From Dehalococcoidia bacterium (GTDB taxonomy: Bacteria > Chloroflexota > Dehalococcoidia > UBA2979), in the NCBI GenBank assembly GCA_009692765.1, contig SHYQ01000003.1, positions 1 through 50,335 on the forward strand: a stretch of 50,335 nucleotides of DNA. The letters run 5' to 3'. The position numbers and the translations under genes are program-made. The notes beneath the pieces are model-generated. The model was not told the DNA's origin. It searched no databases and worked only from the letters and a program-made list of their open reading frames with translations. Numbering within the stretch: the first letter of the stretch is position 1; the number at the start of each line of letters is the position of its first letter. This document shows, piece by piece, positions 26,169-37,035 of the stretch.

Positions 26169-27635
26169 ATGACCACCCGCGCGCGCGGTGCGCCCCCCCT
26201 CTCCTCGCCGAAGACCACGGCGGTGACCTCGCTCGCGGGTTGGACGGCGCTCGTGCTCGCCCCGGGCGACGCGGTACGCATGCAGTCGGCGACGCCGACC
26301 GTGCTCCACGCCGTGGCTGGCGTCCCGATGCTCCGCCTCGTCTGCGATCTGCTGCGAGAGGCCGGCTGCGCCCGCACCATCGTCGTCGCGGGCGCGCCAC
26401 CGGCGTCGGTCGCCGCCGTGCTGGGCGACGGCCTCCGTGACAGCATCGGCGACGGCCTCGATATCGTCGACGCGCAGGACGCCGAGGGGTCGGCGAACGC
26501 CGCGCTCCGGGCGCGGGCCGCGGCCGGCGAGCACCGCAACGTCCTGATCCTGCGCGCCGACATGCCGCTGATCAGCACGCGGACGCTCCGCGAACTCGCC
26601 GGGCGACACCTGGGCGAGTCACGCGTGCTGACCTTCCTCACGGCGTACCTCACCGACCCGCACGGCTTCGGCCGGATCCTGCGCCGCAACGGCGAGGTGC
26701 GGGGAATCATCCACGAGCGCGACCTCACCGGGGCGATGCGCGGCCAGCCGGAGGTCAACGCGGGCCTTTACGCCGCCGACGCGCAGTGGCTCTGGGAGAC
26801 GCTCGCGGCGCTGCCGGCAAACGCGAATACCGACGCGCTGGGCGACCTCGTCGCGCGCGCCGTCGAGCGCGGCGGCGTCGAGGCGTACCAGGTGCACGAA
26901 TCCATCGAGGTCGCCCAGGTCGGCGACCGTCTGCAGCTGGCGCAGGCCGATCGCATCCTGCGCGACCGGATTCGCGACCGCCTGATGCGGGAGGGCGTGA
27001 CGCTGATCGATCCGCCCACGATCTACATCGACGCCGGGGTCGAGATCGCGAGCGACACGGTGCTGCTGCCCGGCACGCACGTCACGGGCAGGACGCGGAT
27101 CGGCAGCGGCTGCCGCATCGGCCCGAATGCGATCCTGCGCGACATGGTGATCGGTGATCGCTGCGAGATCGGCGGCTCCACGCTGGAGGGCTCCACCCTG
27201 GGCGAGGCGGTGACGGTGGGCCCCTACTGCCACGTCCGGCCGGGATCGACGATCGAGCGCGAGGTGCACCTCGGCAACTACGCCGAGGTCAAGGCCTCCC
27301 GCATCGGCGCGCGCACGGCAGTGGGCCACTTCTCCTACATCGGCGACGCCGATGTGGGCGCGGACGTCAACGTGGGCGCCGGATCGATCACCGCGAACTA
27401 CGACGGCGAGGCGAAGCACCGCACGGTGATCGGCGACGGCGTGCACCTGGGCAGCGACACGATCATGGTCGCCCCCGTGACCGTCGGACGGGGGGCGCGC
27501 ACCGGCGCCGGGGCGGTGGTGGTGGACGATGTGCCGGAAGGCGCTACCGTCATCGGCGTCCCCGCCCGGGTCCGCGCCGCCGGCCCTCCTGCCACAGGAG
27601 ACGCGGGCACAGGAGAAGGAGGTCACCCGGCGTAG
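26169..27635 (+). CDS. glmU: GlmU-family protein: intact-looking acetyltransferase domain, degenerate uridylyltransferase domain
   Basis: Hexapeptide repeats with GNYAEVK, HFSYIGDA, NVGAGSITANYDG; N-terminal LAPGDAVRM..TPTVLH replaces LAAGxGTRM..LPKVLH. Confidence 0.88.
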   Translation: MTTRARGAPPLSSPKTTAVTSLAGWTALVLAPGDAVRMQSATPTVLHAVAGVPMLRLVCDLLREAGCARTIVVAGAPPASVAAVLGDGLRDSIGDGLDIVDAQDAEGSANAALRARAAAGEHRNVLILRADMPLISTRTLRELAGRHLGESRVLTFLTAYLTDPHGFGRILRRNGEVRGIIHERDLTGAMRGQPEVNAGLYAADAQWLWETLAALPANANTDALGDLVARAVERGGVEAYQVHESIEVAQVGDRLQLAQADRILRDRIRDRLMREGVTLIDPPTIYIDAGVEIASDTVLLPGTHVTGRTRIGSGCRIGPNAILRDMVIGDRCEIGGSTLEGSTLGEAVTVGPYCHVRPGSTIEREVHLGNYAEVKASRIGARTAVGHFSYIGDADVGADVNVGAGSITANYDGEAKHRTVIGDGVHLGSDTIMVAPVTVGRGARTGAGAVVVDDVPEGATVIGVPARVRAAGPPATGDAGTGEGGHPA

Positions 27636-27656
27636 GCGAACGCGCCATCCCGCCGT

Positions 27657-28985
<1,329 letters not shown>

Positions 28986-29020
28986 GGCCTCTGGGGGGGT
29001 GCATTGATGCGGGTGCTTGC

Positions 29021-29499
29021 TTGGCAGTCGCTTTGCTGGGAATTGTGACCGCGTGCGGAGCCACGCGCGGTCGTGAACCTTTGGCCGACCCGACACCAAG
29101 CCTACCGTCGGCGGCTTCCGTGATACCCGGCACTCCCCAGACTGCAACCGCCTCAGATTCCGCGACCCGGACCCCGATTAGTTTGCCCGTTCTCGTTGTG
29201 GTGCCAGGTGCGCGCTGGACCGAAGACCGCGGCGTCGCCACGTTCCGTGGCGAGGTCACTAACCAAGATGCTAACCCCGTTGCGGGTATCCGCGTAGTCA
29301 TCACGTACTACTCGAAGGACGGAAGCTGGGTAGCTGAGGACTCGGCACCTCTCGCGACTGATCCACTGCCCCCCACACGATCGCGCCGTTCGTAGTCATC
29401 ACTCCTTACGATCCTAGGATGGCCGCCGCCACTATCCGCTTCCGTTATCCCTCTGGCACCGCCATCTTATCGACCGAGAAAGTCCCGGGCGGCCACTAG
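29021..29499 (+). pseudogene. Frameshifted putative lipoprotein with FxLYD-like beta-sandwich domain
   Basis: VTAC lipobox, PT-rich linker, GEVTNQ...VVITYYSKDG; one extra C in the 6-C run (29369-29374) continues as LPPHTIAPFVVITPYDPRMAAATIRF to TAG 29499. Confidence 0.65.
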
Positions 29500-29744
29500 T
29501 GCCCTGCCACCGGTGAGCCGCCACGACCGGTTCCCCCTGCCCGCCCCTAGATTCCGCTGAGGCCGTTGAAGACGCGCGCCACAAGCACCTCGACAGCGCG
29601 ACCACGTCGGCGTCTCCCGCGCGTGAGAACCGGGGCGGTGCGTTGTAGTGGCCGACCTCGGTCCGCCGCGCCCCTTCGCGAATAGGCGGTAGGCAGAGTC
29701 CCGTCTGGCGTCGCGACCGCGGGCAGCCTACCCTACCGCCGGTA

Positions 29745-30881
29745 ATGGATGAGTCTCCCGCCGACCTGCGCTTTCGCGTCGCGCTCTACCGGGTGCACCG
29801 GCTGGGGAGCATGCGCTTTGGCCTGCTCGATCGCTTCTTCCCCGACATGGAGCGCGCCGGGCTCGCGGATCTGGCTGCGGCGGGTCTGGACGCCCGCACC
29901 GCATCCGAGGTGCGGCGGGCGCAGCAGGAAACCGACCCGGATGCGGAGATGAAGCGCCTCCAGCAGGCGGGCGTGACCGCGCTGGCAGCGGGCGATCCCC
30001 GCTACCCGAGCCGCCTCGGCGAGATCGATGACGCCCCGCCCGTCCTCTACGTGCGCGGCGAGTGGCGGCCCGAGGACGAGTGGAGCGTCGCCGTGGTCGG
30101 CACGCGCCGCGCCACCGCATACGGCCAGCAGGCGACGGCGGCGCTCTGCCGGGGCCTCGCGGCGACCGGCGTCACGGTGGTGTCCGGCCTCGCGCGGGGG
30201 GTGGACACCATCGCGCACCGCACCGCGCTGGACAGCGGCGGGCGGACGGTCGCCGCGCTCGCCAACGGCCTCGACACCGTCTACCCGCCCGAGAACCGCC
30301 GCCTTGCCGAGGAGATCGTCGAACGGGGCGCGCTGGTGACGGACTACCCGCTGGGCACGAAGCCGCGCGCCGACTTCTTTCCTCGACGCAACCGCATCCT
30401 GTCCGGGGTGTCGCTGGGCACGCTGGTCGTGGAGGGCGACTACCAGTCCGGAGCGATGATCACGGCGAAGTACGCGACCGAGCAGAATCGCGAGCTGTTT
30501 GCCGTACCGGGCTCGATCTTCTCGCCGCAGTCCCGCGGTCCGCTCGGGCTGATCCGGGACGGCGCGACCCCGGTCTCCTCGGCGAACGACATCCTGGAGG
30601 CGCTGAACCTGACGCAGCTCGGCGCGCAGATGGACTTCGGTCGCGCGGCCCCGCCGGACAGCCCCGACGAGCGCGCGTTGATGCGCGTGCTGAGCCGCGA
30701 ACCCCAGCACGTCGATGTCGTCGCACGCAGGAGCGGTTTGGCACCCCCGGTTGCGTCCGGTACGCTCGCTCTTCTTGAATTGAAGGGTCTCGTCCGCGAT
30801 GTGGGCGGGATGCAGTTCGTTCGGGTGCGCGAAGAGAGCGCCGATTACGACCTCGCGGGCACCGACGGGACAGCTTCATGA
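29745..30881 (+). CDS. dprA: DNA-processing protein DprA
   Basis: PPVLYVRG, VAVVGTR.AT.YG, VSGLARGVD, FPRRNRILSG, EGDYQSGAMITA, VPGSIF. Confidence 0.94.
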   Translation: MDESPADLRFRVALYRVHRLGSMRFGLLDRFFPDMERAGLADLAAAGLDARTASEVRRAQQETDPDAEMKRLQQAGVTALAAGDPRYPSRLGEIDDAPPVLYVRGEWRPEDEWSVAVVGTRRATAYGQQATAALCRGLAATGVTVVSGLARGVDTIAHRTALDSGGRTVAALANGLDTVYPPENRRLAEEIVERGALVTDYPLGTKPRADFFPRRNRILSGVSLGTLVVEGDYQSGAMITAKYATEQNRELFAVPGSIFSPQSRGPLGLIRDGATPVSSANDILEALNLTQLGAQMDFGRAAPPDSPDERALMRVLSREPQHVDVVARRSGLAPPVASGTLALLELKGLVRDVGGMQFVRVREESADYDLAGTDGTAS

Positions 30882-33697
30882 CGACCGAGCCGACAGCCGC
30901 ACCCCGCCGTCGCGCCGCCGCGAAGGCCTCCACCGTCCGCGCTGCCACCCGTGCAGGGGGCCGCGTCCGTCGCCTCGTGATCGTCGAGTCCCCGGCAAAG
31001 GCCCGCACCATCGCGCAGTACCTCGGGCCGGAGTATGTCGTGGAGTCCTCGATCGGGCACATCCGCGACCTCCCCTCCTCCGCGGCGCAGATCCCGAAGG
31101 AGTACAAGAAGGAGGCGTGGGCGCGCCTCGGCGTGAACATCGACGCCGACTTCGAGCCGCTGTACGTCGTCCCGCCGGACAAGGCGGAGCAGGTCAAGAA
31201 GCTGCGCGCGCTCCTGAAGGACGCCGACGAGCTCTACCTCGCGACAGACGAGGACCGCGAGGGGGAGGCGATCGCTTGGCACCTGCTCCAGGTGTTGAAG
31301 CCGCGCGTCCCCGTGCACCGCATGGTGTTCCACGAGATCACCCGCCCGGCCATCGCCGCGGCGATCGCGAATCCTCGCGCGGTGGACTTCGCGCTGGTGC
31401 GAGCGCAGGAGGCGCGGCGCATCCTGGACCGCCTGTTCGGGTACGAGGTGTCGCACGTGCTCTGGAAGAAGGTCGCGCCGCGCCTCTCCGCAGGGCGCGT
31501 CCAGTCCGTGGCCGTGCGCCTGATCGTTGACCGCGAGCGCGCCCGCATGCGCTTCAACTCCGCCTCCTACTGGGACGTGGACGCCACGCTCGCGACGCGC
31601 GAGCGCCGGACCGACGCGACGGTGGGTGCGCACCTTGTCGAGCTCGGCGGGCGGCGGGTGGCCAGCGGTCGCGACTTCGATCCCGAAACCGGCCGCCTGA
31701 GCGGCGACGCCGGTGCCGGCCCGGGGGTCCGACTGCTGGACGAGTCCGCCGCCCGCACGGTCGCCGAGCGGCTGCGCTCCTCGACGTTCGTCGTCGCCGA
31801 GGTGAACGAGCGCCCGTTCACGCAGCGCCCGCCCGCGCCGTTCATTACCTCCACGCTGCAGCAGGAAGGGGCGCGCCAGTTGCGCTACACCGCACAGCGC
31901 ACGATGCAGGTGGCGCAGCGCCTCTACGAGAACGGCTACATCACGTACATGCGTACGGACAGCACGAACCTGTCGCAGGAGGCGCTGGTCGCCGCGCGCC
32001 GGCAGGCGGCTTCGCTGTACGGCGACGAGTACGTCCCGGAGCAGCCTCGACGCTACGCGAGCGGCAAAGCCGCGCAGGAGGCGCACGAAGCGATCCGCCC
32101 CGCCAGCGACATCTTCCGCACGCCGGAAAGCCTGCGCGGCGAGCTGGATACGGACGCGCTACGGCTGTACGAGCTGGTGTGGAAGCGCACCGTCGCCTCG
32201 CAGATGCGGGACGCCGCTGGGCTGCGGACGCAGGTGCGGCTGACCGCCGATGCGGGCGCAGACGGCACGGCGACCTTCCAGACCGCGGGCAAGGTGATCA
32301 CCTTCCCCGGCTTCCTGCGCGCCTACGTAGAGGGCTCCGACGACCCCGATGCGGAGATCGAGGATCAGGAGCGCGTGCTCCCGCCGCTGCGCGTGGGCGA
32401 GGAACTCGACCCGCGCTCCCTGGACGCCAGGGGGCACGAGACGCAGCCGCCCGCCCGCTGGACCGAGGCCAGCCTGATCCGCGAGCTGGAGGAGCGCGGG
32501 ATCGGCCGCCCGTCCACCTACGCCTCCATCCTCCAGACGGTCCAGGACCGCGGCTACGTCTGGAAGCGCGGCAGCGCGCTGGTCCCCACGTTCGTCGCGT
32601 TCGCCGTGGTGAACCTGCTCGAGCTGCACTTCCCCGACCTCGTCGACCTAGGCTTCACGGCGCGCATGGAGGAGCGTCTCGACGAAATCGCCGACGGCGA
32701 GCGCGACCCGAAGCCGTGGCTACGTGCGCTGTACTTCGGCGATCCGGGCGCGCCGCCGACCGAGCCGCTCGCCCGCCAGGGTCTGCACGCCACGATCGAC
32801 CGGGGCTGGGAGGCGATCGACGCGCGCGCCGTCTCGTCGGTGGCGATCGGCAACGACGCCGACGGGCGAGAGATCGCCGTCCGCGTGGGGCGCTACGGCC
32901 CCTACCTGCAGATCGGCGACGGCGAGGAGCGCGCCTCGCTCCCCGACAGCATCGCCCCGGACGAGGTGACCGTGGAGGGCGCGCTGCGCCTGCTCCACGA
33001 GGAGCGCCTCGGCGACCGCCTGCTGGGCGTCGATCCGCCGACGAACCAGCCCGTGTACCTCAAGACCGGCCGCTACGGCCCCTACGTGCAGCTCGGCGAG
33101 GATCCGCCGCGCGGGAGCAAGGAAAAGCCGCCGCGCGCCTCCCTCTGGGACGAGATGTCGATGGAGACGCTCACTTTCGACGAGGCGCTGATGCTGCTGT
33201 CCTTCCCGAAGGTGCTCGGCAAGCATTCGGAGTCGGGCCACGACGTCACGGTGCAGGACGGCCCCAATGGCCCCTACGTCCGCACCGGGCGCGAGAGCCG
33301 CAGCATCGAGGGCGGCCACTTCGCGATGAAGACGATCACGCTGGAGGAGGCGCTGGCGCTCCTCGCCGCGCCGCGCCAGTTCGGGCGGCGGGTGTCGCAG
33401 AGCGCGATCGCCGAGCTCGGCGTGCACCCGGACAGCAAGGCGGCGATCACCGTGCGCACCGGCCGCTTCGGCCCGTACGTCACCGATGGCGTGGTGAACG
33501 CCTCCCTGCCGCGTGGCCGCGATCCCAAGACGCTGACCGTCGAGGATGCCGTGGACCTGCTCGCCGCGCGCGAGGAGAAGCTCCGCGCCGAGGGCAAAGA
33601 CCCGCGCGCCCCGAAAGCCGCGACGAAGCGCGCACCGGCGCGCCGTGCTACGAAGTCCACGCGCGGCACGAGCCCTCGGATGCGCCGCAGCGCGTAG
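30878..33697 (+). CDS. topA: DNA topoisomerase I with C-terminal toprim_C repeats
   Basis: IVESPAKA, ATDEDREGE, AGRVQS, ITYMRTD, QEAHEAIRP, GIGRPSTY; repeated GRYGPY units. Confidence 0.96.
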   Translation: MTTEPTAAPRRRAAAKASTVRAATRAGGRVRRLVIVESPAKARTIAQYLGPEYVVESSIGHIRDLPSSAAQIPKEYKKEAWARLGVNIDADFEPLYVVPPDKAEQVKKLRALLKDADELYLATDEDREGEAIAWHLLQVLKPRVPVHRMVFHEITRPAIAAAIANPRAVDFALVRAQEARRILDRLFGYEVSHVLWKKVAPRLSAGRVQSVAVRLIVDRERARMRFNSASYWDVDATLATRERRTDATVGAHLVELGGRRVASGRDFDPETGRLSGDAGAGPGVRLLDESAARTVAERLRSSTFVVAEVNERPFTQRPPAPFITSTLQQEGARQLRYTAQRTMQVAQRLYENGYITYMRTDSTNLSQEALVAARRQAASLYGDEYVPEQPRRYASGKAAQEAHEAIRPASDIFRTPESLRGELDTDALRLYELVWKRTVASQMRDAAGLRTQVRLTADAGADGTATFQTAGKVITFPGFLRAYVEGSDDPDAEIEDQERVLPPLRVGEELDPRSLDARGHETQPPARWTEASLIRELEERGIGRPSTYASILQTVQDRGYVWKRGSALVPTFVAFAVVNLLELHFPDLVDLGFTARMEERLDEIADGERDPKPWLRALYFGDPGAPPTEPLARQGLHATIDRGWEAIDARAVSSVAIGNDADGREIAVRVGRYGPYLQIGDGEERASLPDSIAPDEVTVEGALRLLHEERLGDRLLGVDPPTNQPVYLKTGRYGPYVQLGEDPPRGSKEKPPRASLWDEMSMETLTFDEALMLLSFPKVLGKHSESGHDVTVQDGPNGPYVRTGRESRSIEGGHFAMKTITLEEALALLAAPRQFGRRVSQSAIAELGVHPDSKAAITVRTGRFGPYVTDGVVNASLPRGRDPKTLTVEDAVDLLAAREEKLRAEGKDPRAPKAATKRAPARRATKSTRGTSPRMRRSA

Positions 33698-33714
33698 CGA
33701 CCCGCGAAGCGATC

Positions 33715-33723
33715 TGCTAGGCT
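33715..33723 (+). promoter_or_regulatory. Extended -10 promoter upstream of xerC
   Basis: TGCTAGGCT in the same GATCTGCTAG context as the infC promoter. Confidence 0.45.
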
Positions 33724-33773
33724 CGTTTATGTCGTTAGTGTGACCTCGGGCGGGGAGTCCGAGGGATGCGCCC

Positions 33774-34760
33774 ATGCCACGCAAGTCTGTGGTCGCCGAG
33801 CCGCCCCCGGAAATCGAGGCCGCCGCGAGAGCCGCGCTCGTGCGCTACCTCGTGCACCTGTCGGACGTGCGCCGCCGCTCCGAGTACACGATCCGCAACT
33901 ACCGCAGCGACCTGCTGGACTACCTCCGCTTCCTCGCGCCGAAGGGGATCGCCTTCGACGCCGCCGGGCGCGCGGACGGGCGAGCGTACCTGTCGCGGCT
34001 GCTGGACACCGACGTCGCCGAGGGCTCGATCCGGCGGCGCGCCACGACGATCCGCGGCTTCTACGCCTGGCTGGACGCCAACGGCTTGGAACTCCGCGCG
34101 CGCCCCGGCGACTCGATGCTCCGGCTGCGCTACCCGAAGAAGGGACGGCGGCTCCCCCACTTCCTGGACGTGGAGGAGGCGCGGCGGTTGGTGGATGCGC
34201 CCGATACGGAGCAAACGGGCGGCCTGCGCGACCGCGCGATCCTCGAGCTGCTGTGGGGCGCGGGGCTGCGCGTGAGCGAGGCGTCGAACATCGACGTGCG
34301 CGACCTCGACCTGACGAACCTGCAGGTGCGCGTCACCGGCAAGGGCGACAAGACGCGCATCTGCCTGTTCGGCACACCGGCCCGTGACGCGATCCGCGTC
34401 TACCTGGACGATGCCCGCCCGCTGCTCGCCACGGGGGCGCAGACCGCGCTGTTCCTCAATCGCGCGGGGGGGCGGCTGACCGCGCGCTCGATCCAGACGA
34501 TCGTCCGCAACGCGGGGATGCAGGCGGCGCTGCGGCAGGGCGTCCACCCCCACCTGCTGCGCCACTCCTTCGCGACACACATGATCGAAGGGGGCGCGGA
34601 CCTCCGCGTGGTGCAGCACCTGCTGGGCCACTCCTCCCCCGACACCACGCAGATCTACACCACGGTCGCGCACCGGCGGCAGGCGGCGTTCGTGAGCGAC
34701 GCCCTCGAGCGAGCACGCGTCGTGGAACGGCGTCGCGGGCACGCCGAATCGCCTCGCTGA
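33774..34760 (+). CDS. xerC: Tyrosine recombinase XerC/XerD
   Basis: LRVSE, GKGDK, HLLRHSFATH, LLGHSS, TTQIYT; conserved dprA-topA-xerC order. Confidence 0.88.
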   Translation: MPRKSVVAEPPPEIEAAARAALVRYLVHLSDVRRRSEYTIRNYRSDLLDYLRFLAPKGIAFDAAGRADGRAYLSRLLDTDVAEGSIRRRATTIRGFYAWLDANGLELRARPGDSMLRLRYPKKGRRLPHFLDVEEARRLVDAPDTEQTGGLRDRAILELLWGAGLRVSEASNIDVRDLDLTNLQVRVTGKGDKTRICLFGTPARDAIRVYLDDARPLLATGAQTALFLNRAGGRLTARSIQTIVRNAGMQAALRQGVHPHLLRHSFATHMIEGGADLRVVQHLLGHSSPDTTQIYTTVAHRRQAAFVSDALERARVVERRRGHAESPR

Positions 34761-34861
34761 CGCTTCCCGCGCGCCTCTGGCCTGACCAGTGCAGCCGCTG
34801 ACCGCTACGCGGGCGGGCGGTACTATCGAGTCCCACGGATTGGGATCGTCGGAGGTGTGCC

Positions 34862-35305
34862 ATGCGCGTGCTGGTGCTCAACGGACCGAACCTGAACCTG
34901 CTCGGCAGTCGCGAGCCTGAGGTGTATGGCCGCGAGACGCTGGCTGATATCGAGGTGCTGGTGCGCAACCGCGCGCAGGCGCTGGGCATCGAGGTGGCGT
35001 TCGCGCAGAGCAACCACGAGGGCGATCTGGTGGACGTGATCCAGGCGCACCGCGGCTGGGACGGGCTGATCCTGAACGCCGGCGCCTACACGCACACGTC
35101 GCAAGCGATCCCGGACGCGATCAGCGCCACGCAACTCCTGACCGTCGAGGTCCACCTGTCCAACGTCTTCAGGCGCGAGGCCTTTCGGCACCACTCGACC
35201 ATTTCGCCGGTCGCGTGGGGTTGCATCGTCGGCTTCGGCTTCCGCGGCTACCTCGCGGCGCTCGATCTGCTGCACGGCCGCCTGACCGAGGGCACCGTCG
35301 GGTGA
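34862..35305 (+). CDS. aroQ: Type II 3-dehydroquinate dehydratase
   Basis: [38 protein letters not shown]...RE.FRH.S. Confidence 0.95.
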   Translation: MRVLVLNGPNLNLLGSREPEVYGRETLADIEVLVRNRAQALGIEVAFAQSNHEGDLVDVIQAHRGWDGLILNAGAYTHTSQAIPDAISATQLLTVEVHLSNVFRREAFRHHSTISPVAWGCIVGFGFRGYLAALDLLHGRLTEGTVG

Positions 35306-36441
35306 GCCGAGCGGGGCGCATCGACCGTTTGCGCGCGCGCTTCGACGCGCCCGACTTCGGCGCATCGGGCATCGACGCGCTGCTCGTGACCACGCCGTCG
35401 AACCGGCGCTGGATCAGCGGCTTCACCGGCAGTGCCGGCGTGGCGCTGGTCACGCGCAGCGAGGCGCGGTTCGCGACGGACTCGCGCTACTGGGAGCAGG
35501 TCGCGCGCGAGTGCGCGGACTACGCGCTCGTGCGCTTGGCGGGCGCGAACACCGGCGTCGCGCCCGCGATCCTCGAGGGCCTCGCCGGCGCGCGCATCGG
35601 CTTCGAGCCGGCGCACATGACCGTCGCCGCACTGGAGGGCTGGACCCGCGCGATCGCGGAGTTGCCCGCGCACTCGCGGCCCACGCTCGTCCCCGCCCCG
35701 CGCGCCATCGAGGACCTGCGGATGGTCAAGGAGCCGGAGGAACTGGACGCGCTCACGCGCGCCGTGCTGCTCGGCGACGCCGCCTTCCGGCACGCGGCGG
35801 ACCGTGCCGCCCCCGGCATGACCGAGCGCGATCTGGCGTGGCTGGTGCAGGAATACGCGCTGCAGCACGGCGCGGAGGAACTGTCCTTCGGGACGATCAT
35901 CGCGGGTGGCGCACACGGCTCGCTGCCGCACTGGCGTGCCTCGGACGCTCCGCTGGAGGCAGGGACCGGCGTGGTGATGGACCTCGGTGTCATCGTGGAT
36001 GGCTATTGCTCCGACCTGACGCGTACCATCTTCCTCGGCGAGCCGGACGAGCGCTTTGCCCGCGTGTATGACATCGTACTGACCGCGCAGACCATGGCGG
36101 AGGAGCGTATCGAGGCCGGGATGACCGGCGCGCAGGCGCACGCGATCGCCGCGGAGGTGATCGCTCGCGCCGGGCACGCGGATCACTTCGGCCACGGCCT
36201 CGGTCACGGCGTGGGCCTGGACATCCACGAGGATCCGCGGCTCGCCCCGGCGTCGGACCACGTGTTGGCGGATGGCCACGTGGTGACGGTGGAGCCGGGC
36301 ATCTACGTCCCCGGGTGGGGCGGGGTGCGCATTGAAGACCAGTGCGTGATGGAGAGCGGGCGACTGCGCCCGCTCTCCACCGCGCCGAAGCTCGATCCAT
36401 CGAGACCCTCGAGACCACCGAGACCACCGCGAGGAGCCTGA
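35302..36441 (+). CDS. Xaa-Pro aminopeptidase (M24B)
   Basis: [47 protein letters not shown]. Confidence 0.93.
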   Translation: MSRAGRIDRLRARFDAPDFGASGIDALLVTTPSNRRWISGFTGSAGVALVTRSEARFATDSRYWEQVARECADYALVRLAGANTGVAPAILEGLAGARIGFEPAHMTVAALEGWTRAIAELPAHSRPTLVPAPRAIEDLRMVKEPEELDALTRAVLLGDAAFRHAADRAAPGMTERDLAWLVQEYALQHGAEELSFGTIIAGGAHGSLPHWRASDAPLEAGTGVVMDLGVIVDGYCSDLTRTIFLGEPDERFARVYDIVLTAQTMAEERIEAGMTGAQAHAIAAEVIARAGHADHFGHGLGHGVGLDIHEDPRLAPASDHVLADGHVVTVEPGIYVPGWGGVRIEDQCVMESGRLRPLSTAPKLDPSRPSRPPRPPRGA

Positions 36442-36443
36442 CC

Positions 36444-37007
36444 ATGATCTCAACGTCGGATTTCAAGAAGGGCGCCTCCGTTGAGCTGGATGGCCAGCTC
36501 TACCGCATCGAGGAAGTCCAGCACGTCAAGACGAAGAAGTCCGCCGTGTACCGCGTCAAGTTGCGCGACCTGCGCGCGGGGCACATCACGGAGCGCACGT
36601 TCAACGCCGGCGACAAGCTGGTGGCCGCGCGCGTGGAGCGCCGCCGCATGCAGTACCTCTATGGCGACGCCGACAACCACACCTTCATGAACGTGGAGAC
36701 GTACGAGCAGATCCAGATCCCGACGCGCGTGATCTCGGACGACCTCCCCTACCTGAAGGAGAGCGACGAGGTGCAAGTGATGCTGTACGGCGACGAAGCG
36801 CTCGGCGTCGAGCTGCCCGCGGCCGTGGAGCTGGTGATCACGGCGTCCGACCCCGGCGTGAAGGGCGACACCGCGACCGGCGCAACGAAGCCGGCCACGC
36901 TGGAGACCGGCCTGGTGGTGAACGTGCCGCTGTTCATGAACCCCGGCGACACGATCAAGGTCGCCACCGCCGACGGCCGCTACCTCGAACGCACCAAGAC
37001 GGCGTAG
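36444..37007 (+). CDS. efp: Elongation factor P (non-canonical loop)
   Basis: MQYLY, FMNVETYEQ, PGVKGDTA, KPATLETG, VPLFM; loop reads HVKTKKSAVYR. Confidence 0.93.
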   Translation: MISTSDFKKGASVELDGQLYRIEEVQHVKTKKSAVYRVKLRDLRAGHITERTFNAGDKLVAARVERRRMQYLYGDADNHTFMNVETYEQIQIPTRVISDDLPYLKESDEVQVMLYGDEALGVELPAAVELVITASDPGVKGDTATGATKPATLETGLVVNVPLFMNPGDTIKVATADGRYLERTKTA

Positions 37008-37035
37008 CGCAGGATCGCAGGGCGGGGGGGCGTCT

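Noticed and set aside
33724-33742. dif-like site next to xerC (TTTATGTCGTTA)
   Set aside because: Only a partial resemblance to one arm; there is no 11-6-11 inverted architecture.
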